A stretch of DNA of 64,000 nt from Porphyromonadaceae bacterium UBA7203 (GTDB lineage: Bacteria; Bacteroidota; Bacteroidia; Bacteroidales; Muribaculaceae). Numbering within the stretch: position 1 is the stretch's first letter; each line of letters opens with the position of its first letter. Below are positions 10,146 through 18,500 of the stretch, one piece after another. The stretch spans positions 1,126-65,125 of the forward strand of contig DKUN01000007.1 in NCBI GenBank assembly GCA_002490725.1. Reading direction: 5' to 3'. A model generated the notes under the pieces. That model did no database searches and had not been told where the DNA came from. It saw only the letters and a list, made by a program, of their open reading frames with translations. The translations under genes and the position numbers were made by a program.

Positions 10146-10192
10146 AAAAAAGTGCCCAACCACAAATCAACTAGATTTACGTGGTTGGACAC
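10146..10192 (-). terminator. terminator-like hairpin inside the 5' leader of the MFS gene
   Basis: On the - strand: gtgtccaaccac - 17 nt loop - gtggttgggcac (12 bp, one G.U), followed directly by T6. It ends 12 nt upstream of ATG 10134. Confidence 0.5.
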
Positions 10193-10222
10193 TACATGTT
10201 GTTTTTACGGGTGCAAAGTTCC

Positions 10223-10230
10223 CAAAAATA
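10223..10230 (-). promoter_or_regulatory. candidate -7 promoter box upstream of the MFS leader hairpin
   Basis: The - strand reads tatttttg (TAnnTTTG), about 90 nt upstream of ATG 10134. Confidence 0.35.
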
Positions 10231-10543
10231 ATTAGAACGGCCAAATTTTTCCTTCATTTTTTCTGAGGTAAGAATATTACATCAGCAATTCATCAAATCA
10301 ACAAATTTTCATCAACCTTAAAACCGTATGAAACAGGCTCCGAGGAGAGACGGAATAAGCCCAACAGCAACATATCGGACAATAATGAAATACGATGCAG
10401 GGCTGCATACCGTAATACCGACCTTACTGCACAACGGCAGGCAGTCCTGCTTGTAAGAAAGCGAGAGTGTGAGGATACGAGAATATAAGCAATCGAGAGG
10501 TTAGGAACGCCGAATAGGTAAAAAGGTTCTATGCGAAGAATGA

Positions 10544-10792
10544 CAGCCGTATAGTTCTATTCTGTCGTTCTTTATCTCGGCGGTGCAGGGTTGCGGTAAA
10601 CAGTTGATTGCGGAGGTTGTGGCGTTGGCAAAGAGCGAGGGCTACGAGTGCCTCTACCTTTGGACTGACTCCTCTTGTAATCATGGCTACTATGCCCACC
10701 ACGGTTTCGAGAAGGTAGCCGAGTTCAAGAGTAATGAATGGAAAACAGAAGCTAATGACTATTTGACCTATTTTTATAAGAAGATGATATAA
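10544..10792 (+). pseudogene. GNAT family N-acetyltransferase, C-terminal fragment
   Basis: The frame is open only from 10544 (stops at 10502 and 10541). ...FFISAVQGCGKQLIAEVVALAKSEGYECLYLWTDSSCNHGYYAHHGFEKV matches the acetyl-CoA binding core (Q/RxxGxG/A) and the C-terminal strand of GNATs. The N-terminal half is missing. Confidence 0.6.
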
Positions 10793-10797
10793 TAAAA

Positions 10798-10848
10798 GAA
10801 ATGCTGATAAAAAATCTGCGAGCTTATTTTTATCAGCATTTCTTTTTG
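10798..10848 (+). terminator. rho-independent terminator after the GNAT fragment
   Basis: Perfect 16-bp stem gaaatgctgataaaaa / tttttatcagcatttc followed by tttttg. Confidence 0.7.
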
Positions 10849-11014
10849 TACCGTTGTTGCATCAATGGTTATCACATTGTAGCAAAGCAATGAAGAACTC
10901 AGAAATACGAACGTTTGCTATCTCGTTGCCCAATTTTCAAGCAATCCGAATAACCGTTTAATTCTAAGATAATTGCAAATTTTGCGATTTTTTGAGAAAA
11001 AATTTGGAAATTCA

Positions 11015-11029
11015 GTGTAATAGTTATAA
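11015..11029 (+). promoter_or_regulatory. candidate Fur/PerR-type 7-1-7 operator overlapping the promoter
   Basis: gtgtaat-a-gttataa matches 11 of 14 positions of the TTATAAT-N-ATTATAA consensus known for PerR/Fur boxes. It overlaps the -7 box at 11027..11034. Confidence 0.3.
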
Positions 11030-11034
11030 CTTTG
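11027..11034 (+). promoter_or_regulatory. -7 promoter box for the Fur-family/rubrerythrin operon
   Basis: taactttg, 25 nt upstream of ATG 11059. Confidence 0.5.
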
Positions 11035-11058
11035 TAATCGCTACAAGTTACATAACCA

Positions 11059-11478
11059 ATGACAACCGTAGAACTCACCGATAAAATGCGTCGGGCCGGG
11101 CTGAGACCTTCGGCCCAGCGACTCGCCATAATGCAATATCTGGAGATGTTCCGCACCCACCCCTCAGCCGACGAAATCTACAAGGCCCTCCTGCCCGAAT
11201 TCCCGTCAATGTCGCTGACCACGGTCTATAACACGCTCCACGCCCTGGTCGGGAGCGGACTGCTGCGCGAAGTGGAAATCGAGCCGGCCAACCTGCGCTT
11301 CGATTCGGCGTCAACACCGCCTCACGGCCACTTCCGCTGCCGATGCTGCGGCCGCATATTCGACATGCCGCTGCCCGACGGCATCATACTCGAAAACATG
11401 CCCGGAGGCTTCGCTGTCGACTCGCTCGACCTCTATCTGAAAGGAACATGCCCGGACTGTACCACGGCCCGAGACTGA
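11059..11478 (+). CDS. Fur family transcriptional regulator (PerR-like)
   Basis: 139 aa. It has a winged-helix N-terminus ([13 protein letters not shown]...HPSADEIY), [14 protein letters not shown] and a C-terminal CPDC zinc motif. It sits directly upstream of rubrerythrin. Confidence 0.9.
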   Translation: MTTVELTDKMRRAGLRPSAQRLAIMQYLEMFRTHPSADEIYKALLPEFPSMSLTTVYNTLHALVGSGLLREVEIEPANLRFDSASTPPHGHFRCRCCGRIFDMPLPDGIILENMPGGFAVDSLDLYLKGTCPDCTTARD

Positions 11479-11501
11479 CAACAAATAACATCAATATAAT
11501 T

Positions 11502-12044
11502 ATGAAAAATCTCAAAGGAACCAAAACTGAAAAGAATCTTCAAGATGCGTTTGCAGGCGAATCCATGGCCCGCAACAAATACACCTACTATGCCTCCAAG
11601 GCCCGTAAGGAGGGTTATGAGCAGATTGCCGCGCTGTTTGAAGAAACCGCCCACAACGAAAAAGAGCACGCCAAACTTTGGTTTAAACTGCTCCACGACA
11701 ACGACGTGCCCGATACCATGACCAACCTGCGCGATGCCGCCGAAGGCGAAAACTACGAGTGGACCGACATGTATGACCGCATGGCACAGGAGGCCGACGA
11801 AGAGGGCTTCAAGGAGATTGCAGCCCGTTTCCGCGCCGTCGGCGCCATTGAGCGCCACCACGAAGAGCGCTATCGCCGCCTGCTCCGCAACATCGAGGAG
11901 GGCATCGTGTTCTCGCGCGAGGGCGATACCGTGTGGATTTGTCGCAACTGCGGCCACATCGTCGTGGGCAAGAAGGCCCCCGAAATCTGCCCCGTTTGCC
12001 ACCATCCCAAAAGCTTCTTCGAAATCGAAGCCACTAACTATTGA
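11502..12044 (+). CDS. rbr: rubrerythrin
   Basis: Start taken at [27 protein letters not shown]. It has the ferritin-like diiron motifs (EKEHA, EERY) and a C-terminal rubredoxin domain (CRNCG...CPVC). Confidence 0.95.
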   Translation: MKNLKGTKTEKNLQDAFAGESMARNKYTYYASKARKEGYEQIAALFEETAHNEKEHAKLWFKLLHDNDVPDTMTNLRDAAEGENYEWTDMYDRMAQEADEEGFKEIAARFRAVGAIERHHEERYRRLLRNIEEGIVFSREGDTVWICRNCGHIVVGKKAPEICPVCHHPKSFFEIEATNY

Positions 12045-12090
12045 CTCACTCCGCCGCCCTATCAGTGACCGGGGCGGCCGGCAATGTAAA

Positions 12091-12136
12091 AACCGGAGGT
12101 TAAGGATGCCGGCATCCTTAGCCTCCGGTCTTTTTC
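12091..12136. terminator. bidirectional terminator between rbr and the convergent OM barrel gene
   Basis: 17-bp stem ccggaggttaaggatgc / gcatccttagcctccgg followed by tcttttt. Confidence 0.75.
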
Positions 12137-12157
12137 GCTTTAGCGCAGCGGGGCGGG

Positions 12158-15136
12158 TCACTTCGGGGAAAGGTCGATGTGGTAGCGGACGCGGAGCAGG
12201 GCGTAGCGCGGCAGCGAGTTGCGCCAGATTTCGGTGCGTCCCAGGGCGTCGACGTAGTAGCTGACGGTTTTGATCTGGCCAAGCAGGTCGTAGCCGTCGA
12301 CCAGGAACGTCAGGTTCGCCTTTTTCCAGTGCCACGACGCCGTGACGTTCCAGATGGCCTCGTTCGTGTTGAGCGATTCGTCGACGTAGCCCCGGCGGGT
12401 ATAGTAGGTGAAGTTGGTCGACACGCGGAAGTTGGCCGGTAGGGCAAAGGTCGCTTCGGCGCCATATTCCATATTCGTTGCGCTATAGTTCAGATAGTTG
12501 GACGAGGTGCCGTGATAGCGGTTGAATCGGCCGCTCCATCTGAGCGAAACCGAGTGGCCGCGGCTGCTCCAGTCCGAGCTGAGCGACGCCGAGGGGTTGA
12601 GGCCGCGCACGTAGACATAGGAGCGCGAGGCGGCGCCGACGGCGTCCATCGAGGTGCGGCGCGAAAAATTGGTGCCGAAGCCTACGCGGCATGAAAGACT
12701 TCTGAGCAGCCGGCTACGGTGGCTATACAGGTTGCCGAAGCCGGTCAGGTTGGTCGAGAGGCCGCGGTTGCCGTTGACGTTATAGACCGAACTGGTGCGC
12801 ACGCCGGTGGTCGGGTCGTAGACATAGCCGTCGACTATGGCGTCGGTAGTGAAATTTTCGCGCACCACCAGTTCGATATAATAGATGGGTGCAGCAGTTT
12901 TGGTAAAGCGGAATGACTGGCTGGCGCTGTGCCGGTAGCTGTTGCGCAGGTCGGGATTGCCATGATAGATGTTGAGCGGATTGCTCGTGGAGTAGAGATT
13001 GATGAGGCTGCCCATATCTATCAGCGATGGCGAGGAGTTCCACGATACGCCGGCTCTTATGGTATATTTGGGCATAAATGACGAAAATTGAGGAATCTTG
13101 CCAATGTGATTGACGAACATGACGTTGGAGCTGATGGCGGGGAGCCAGTCGCGGCGAACTGCCGCGGTGTCATAGTTCACGCGGCTGTAGTGGAGCGAGC
13201 GGTCGTGATATCTGACCGACGGCGAAATGGAAACGGTCAGGGATTTGCCCTGGGCATTAACATTAGTAGCATTCAATTGCCCGAATTTGAGCGTTACGCT
13301 GCCACCAATCGAATGGCTCTGATTGTTGTTTGCGGCCCAAACGCTGTTATCAGGGTCCAGAACCGATGCCAGGTCGGCATCGGGCGGAAGCTGGCCGAAT
13401 GTCAGACTATTGAACGACATCTGGTCAAGATTGTCAAGCAGATAGCGCTCGTTGGTGTTATAGCCGCGCGAACTGCTATAGCCGTAATTAAGCATGAACA
13501 TATGGCGCCCGTCGAGTTCGAGATTGTATTTGGCATTGCCGCTCGCTCCCCACTCCCATGTCGGATTGTTGCGGTTGTGGGAGTAGCGGCGATATTCGGG
13601 ATACCCGCTCAGGCCATAGTCAATGATGTTCTGCTCGAATTGAGTGGAATTCGTTTCTGAATAGTTGCCCGATGCGTTAAAGGCAATATTGTGGACCACT
13701 CTTTCGGGCCCCGGCAACTTCACGGTAGTTGCAGCCGAGAGGCCGCCTCCGAGGCCGTCGTTCTTGTGTTGGGTTTCGCTCACATTGCGGTTTACGAGCA
13801 GGCGCAGCAGCTCCGACTCGTCGGCATCAGCATAGAGCGCGCGAAGCGTTTCTTCCGAAATCCGGCTGAGGTCGGCGTTGAAGGTTGCTGAAATGTTGTC
13901 GACATTACTGCGATGGCGCGAATATCTGAAGTTCGGCGACGCCGACAGATAGACCTTTGGCAGGCTGGCCGAAAAACTGTGGGATGTCGACACGCTAAAC
14001 CCCTTGATGCGCGAGTTATAGTAGCTCGTGGAGGTGTTGGTGCGGTCAGGCAGCAAAATCGAGCGCCACAGGCCGCTGCGCTCCACCTTGTTGTCGGAGT
14101 TGACGGCAACCTGACCGGTGGCTTGATACTTCTCGCCGGCCGGGTCTAACTGATACGACAGGCCACCCGACAGATAGCGGCTCTCGTCATTGGCGGCCTT
14201 GGAGGGATTCCAGTACTGACCCTTCTGAGGATCGTCGCCCGCCGAGAGGTTGTTGGCGTTGAAAAAGGCCGCCAGCGCAAACGTTTTCGAAAAACCGAGT
14301 GCAAACGCGCGGCCCAGATAGCGGTTCGACGTGCCATAGCCGGCATCGATGTTCACCCACTTGCCAAGCGAATACTCCTGCTTCAGAACCACGTCCATTA
14401 TCAGCGGCTTTTCCAGGTTAGATTTGAAGCCGGTAAACTTATCGTAATTGGACGTATAGTCATAGACCTTGATTTTACTGACGGTATATGCGCCGAGGTT
14501 CTCGAGCAGCGTGCGCGGATTGCCGTCAAAGAGCTTGCGTCCGTCGAGATGCAGACTCCTGACCAGACGGCCGTTGCAATAAATCTGGCCATACTGATTG
14601 ATAGTCACGCCGTCGAGTTTCTTGATGAGCTCGTCGAGCATCGAACCGTCGGGCAGCATAAAAGCGTCGGCATTATAGACCAGCGTGTCGCCCTTATAAT
14701 ACATTTTTATCTTCGATGCCGTAACTGTCACCTCGTTAAGCTGCTTCGGCATCTTCATCAAGGCTATTTCGCCCAGATTGACGCTCGCTTTATGGGTTTT
14801 AGACAACGGAATTGTACGGGTCATGTAGCCGTCGGCGTCAATCACAATCTGATAATTATCCACATTTTTAGGGATGAAGATATCAAATCCATACTTGACA
14901 ATCATTTGGCCGGACTGATAGCCAATACCCATAGCAGCGATTGTTGAATCACCGGCCTGAAAGGCCATAACCTCCGCATTCCTGATATATACTCTGGTTA
15001 TTGAATCGACAACTTGCAATCGATATAGCGTTTTTTTCGGATTGTTATAGTCGAACGTAACCGACACGCGCTTCTGAGCATTAAGAATAACACTGCCCAA
15101 AAAGCAACAAGTAATAAGATATAGAAACCTACGCAT
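12158..15136 (-). CDS. outer membrane beta-barrel family protein (CarboxypepD_reg-like N-terminus + plug-like region + large barrel; TonB-receptor-like)
   Basis: 992 aa with signal peptide MRRFLYLITCCFLGSVILNA. Motifs: GDTLVYNADAFMLPDGSMLDELIKKLDGV and LENLGAYTVSKIKVYD. The body is rich in Y/S/N beta-strands and the C-terminus is aromatic-rich. It is a paralog of 37310..40354. Confidence 0.8.
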   Translation of the reverse strand: MRRFLYLITCCFLGSVILNAQKRVSVTFDYNNPKKTLYRLQVVDSITRVYIRNAEVMAFQAGDSTIAAMGIGYQSGQMIVKYGFDIFIPKNVDNYQIVIDADGYMTRTIPLSKTHKASVNLGEIALMKMPKQLNEVTVTASKIKMYYKGDTLVYNADAFMLPDGSMLDELIKKLDGVTINQYGQIYCNGRLVRSLHLDGRKLFDGNPRTLLENLGAYTVSKIKVYDYTSNYDKFTGFKSNLEKPLIMDVVLKQEYSLGKWVNIDAGYGTSNRYLGRAFALGFSKTFALAAFFNANNLSAGDDPQKGQYWNPSKAANDESRYLSGGLSYQLDPAGEKYQATGQVAVNSDNKVERSGLWRSILLPDRTNTSTSYYNSRIKGFSVSTSHSFSASLPKVYLSASPNFRYSRHRSNVDNISATFNADLSRISEETLRALYADADESELLRLLVNRNVSETQHKNDGLGGGLSAATTVKLPGPERVVHNIAFNASGNYSETNSTQFEQNIIDYGLSGYPEYRRYSHNRNNPTWEWGASGNAKYNLELDGRHMFMLNYGYSSSRGYNTNERYLLDNLDQMSFNSLTFGQLPPDADLASVLDPDNSVWAANNNQSHSIGGSVTLKFGQLNATNVNAQGKSLTVSISPSVRYHDRSLHYSRVNYDTAAVRRDWLPAISSNVMFVNHIGKIPQFSSFMPKYTIRAGVSWNSSPSLIDMGSLINLYSTSNPLNIYHGNPDLRNSYRHSASQSFRFTKTAAPIYYIELVVRENFTTDAIVDGYVYDPTTGVRTSSVYNVNGNRGLSTNLTGFGNLYSHRSRLLRSLSCRVGFGTNFSRRTSMDAVGAASRSYVYVRGLNPSASLSSDWSSRGHSVSLRWSGRFNRYHGTSSNYLNYSATNMEYGAEATFALPANFRVSTNFTYYTRRGYVDESLNTNEAIWNVTASWHWKKANLTFLVDGYDLLGQIKTVSYYVDALGRTEIWRNSLPRYALLRVRYHIDLSPK

Positions 15137-15164
15137 AACGAATAATACTAAACTTTATCTCCGG

Positions 15165-15172
15165 CAAATATA
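15165..15172 (-). promoter_or_regulatory. -7 promoter box for the OM barrel gene
   Basis: The - strand reads tatatttg, 29 nt upstream of ATG 15136. Confidence 0.5.
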
Positions 15173-15431
15173 CACAAAATTTAACTCTTGCGCAATAAAA
15201 AGTAAAAAATATATAATTGCTCATAACTTTTTACTTTCACCGGCTTGATATTCTCGGCCATAAGCCAGCCAGAATCAAAGGAGTAATTCACCATCTCAAT
15301 CATTCACGAGGCATCAACAGCTCCAATAGCTATAATCCCTTAATTCTATCCACCAAGCGTGAATACTGCAAAATATGCTCGATGATGCCTAATGAACTCA
15401 GACAATATATTGCTTCTTGGCCCTGGATTCA

Positions 15432-15481
15432 CTAAACAGAAAACGAGCCTCCCTCGGCGCGGGGTGCGGCCGGGGGAGGCT
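15432..15481 (-). terminator. terminator downstream of the large GH2 gene
   Basis: GC-rich stem agcctccc / gggaggct with a GC-rich loop. On the - strand it is followed by cgttttctgttt. Confidence 0.55.
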
Positions 15482-15507
15482 GTGAAGAGTCGGATTGTGG
15501 GGGAGGA

Positions 15508-18500
15508 TTAGTCGGCGAGGACGTTGAATTCGGCGCCGCCGGCAAAATCAGCGCCATTCTGGCTCGACAGACCGGTGAACCTTACGTAGCGCGCACGCAC
15601 GGGCTTGGCGAGCATTACGCGATGTTCTTCTTTCGAGTGGGGGAAGGTGCCCTGACCGGCTTCGGTCCAGGTCTTGCCGTCTTCGCTCACCTCAAATTTC
15701 CAGTCTTTGATGTCGCCGTTCCAGCCGCCGTCCTGACGGGGCAGGTAGGTGAATCCCTTGATTTCCTTGGGTTCGCTGCAGTCAAACTCAACCCAGTGGG
15801 GATAGAGGGCCACGGTGACGCCATAGGTGGTATGCCAAAACGTTCCGGAGTCGCCGTCGACGAGATAGGAGGCTTCGCCTGCGCCGGGCTCATAGGCCGA
15901 CGCGAAAGTAACGGTCAGCGGCACACGCTCTACTTTGGGATATTCAATCACCGTCTGGAGGTTGGGATAACGGGCGTCCCATGCGGTCAGACGGCCTCCC
16001 TCGCGCAGGGCAATCGGGCCGTTGTAGGCCACGCCTTTCGGACCGCGCTTGCGGGCGGGAGCCACTTTTTTGCCGAGCGGCTCGACGTTATATAAAATTT
16101 CGGCATCAGGATTGGAGGTAGTGATGGTCACGTTGCCAACACGGTCGCGCGAGATGCACAGCGGACGGTCGCCGGCCGCACTGACGCAGGCCGACTGCTG
16201 AAGGTCGGTCGAGGCGCTTACGGGACGAATCACGAAGCCGAACGTCTGGGAGACGGCCGGCACCTGGCCCTCTTCGAGGGTGATGCCCTGGCCGCAGCTG
16301 GCGCCGCCCAGGCCGAGCACTTTCTTGTCGATATGAACGGTTGTGCCCTTCGACTGCGGAAGTTCGTAGGGGTGTGCGGCAACCATCATATCAATGTCGC
16401 TCCAGGGCATTGCCGATGCGCTCATAACGCCGTCGAGCGCCACGAACTGAATGCCGTTGCCCAGCTTGTCGGTCAGAGCGTTCCAGCGCACGTCCTCGCG
16501 GTTGCCCATGCTCTGAGGCTTGGGGAAGTGGACGAACTGGTCGGCCACGGTCTGCTTGTAGAGCCCTACGAACTGGCTTGCCTCGCGGTCATTGAAGTTG
16601 TTGACGGGGCCACGGCCATAGTAGGTGTAGTCGGAATAGTCGGAGGGGAGCGTCATCGCATAGCCGAGACGGGGCAGAATCTGGGCCGGGTCGTTGGAGT
16701 TGATGGCCGACTGCAGTTCAATCGAGCCGTCGGGATAGACGGTCCAGGTCTGGTTGGTAGTGAACTTGAAGTCGTCGGGGCCGAGTTCGCGGCCTGCCAC
16801 GGGAGTGTATTGGCCGGAACGGCCGCCGCCCGAAACTGCATAGGAGTGAGGCGACTGCGACTCGACAAGATACTGAAGCACGACGGCGCCATCCTCGCGG
16901 ACGTATGATTTATTGCTGATTACCTTATGGGCCAGGTTGTTCAGGCCGATGGCAAACCATTTTCTCATGAGCGGGGTGTCATTATCGACCGGCGCACGGA
17001 AGGCATTGAGCACGGGGCCGTTGCCGGGGGTGATAATCTGATTGCCGCCGTAGGTGAGCGAACGGATCGAGCCGGTGGCGTTGTCGAACTCTACGTTGAA
17101 GCCGTTGCCGCTGACGGTGTTGGTAGCGTCGGTTTCAACGAGCGACGGCGCGCTGCCGGCGGGTGCTATGGCGGCAAACGCCTCGGGAGCCTTGACGGCA
17201 AGCTGCTCGGCGGCCTGCACATAGCCGGCCTTGGCCCAGGGCTTGTCTTCGTTGAGCAGGAACTGGAGCGTCACGAAATATTCGCCATCCTTATCGGCAG
17301 CGATTTTGTCATAGTCGTAGGGGATGGACCACGTCTGGCTCTCGCGCGGGCCGACAGCCATGCGGGGCCTGTTGACGGCGTTGCCGCGGGCCACTTCGAC
17401 GCCGTTGCGGGTCAGAATCCAGCGCGGGCTGAGGTCATCGAGGGTGGTGAAGTAGTTTTTGTTGAAAACCTCAACCACGCCCTTGGTCATGTCTACGGGC
17501 TTGACGCCTACGTACTGGTGCACTTTCTTGACCTCCTCGTAGGCGGGTTTGGGCGAGAAGTCGGGGAAGAGGATGCCGTTCATGCAGAACATGCCGTCGT
17601 TGGGGCGGTCGCCGAAGTCGCCGCCATAGCCCATATACTTGGTGCCGTCGGCGGTGTGGTTCCAGAGGGCCTGGTCAACCCAGTCCCAGATGGCGCCGCC
17701 GCAGAAGAAGTTGGTCGACTCCATGGCCTCCCAGTAGTCGGCAAAACCGCCGAGGGCGTTGCCCATCGAGTGGGCATACTCGCTGATGTGGAAAGGATAT
17801 TTGATGCCCATCTGACCCTTGACGGCGCTGCGCACCCAGGGAATCGAGGGATACTGGTTGGAGCCCATGTCAACGATGTCGTTGTTGCGCTCGTACTGCA
17901 CGGGGCGGGTGGTGTCGTTGGCCTTGATCGCCTTGTAGGCCTCGACGAAGTTATTGCCGGGACCGGCCTCGTTGCCGAGACTCCAGATGACGATTGACGG
18001 GTGGTTCATGTGGGCGCGCACCATCTCGACGTTGCGGGCCACGTGGGCGTCGCGCCATTCCTTGGGATGCGAGAGCGATTCCTTGCCATAGTAATATTCG
18101 TGGCTCTCGATGTTGGCCTCGTCTTCGAGGTAGATGCCATACTTGTCGCACACGATGTACCAGTAGGGATCGTCGTTGTAGTGGCAGTTGCGCACGTGGT
18201 TGATGTTGCCGCGCTTCATGATCATGGCCTCCTGCTCCATCTGCTCGCGGCTGATGGTGTGGCCGGTCGAGAGGTTATTCTCGTGGCGGTTCACGCCCTT
18301 GAGCTTGACGGGGCGGTTGTTGACGTAGAAGTAGCGACCGGCCAGGCCGAATTCGTCTTCATTGGCGGGAGTGTCGCGGATTTCAACCTCGCGCACGCCG
18401 AAATAGGAGCTGACGGTTTCGATGACCTTGCCTTTCTTGTCGAGCAGCTGGGCCACGAGCACGTAGCGGTTGGGCGTTTCGGCGCTCCAGAGGCGAGCGT

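Noticed and set aside
10328-10456. 42-aa ORF (MKQAPRRDG...MKYDAGLHTVIPTLLHNGRQSCL) upstream of the GNAT fragment
   Set aside because: It could be a degenerate piece of the missing GNAT N-terminus, but the similarity is too weak to support a call.
15217-15435. 72-aa ORF in the AT-rich spacer (also 339..521, 10899..11156, 20843..21085)
   Set aside because: These have no recognisable motifs, a poor start context, or overlap with promoters or real genes. They are probably noncoding.
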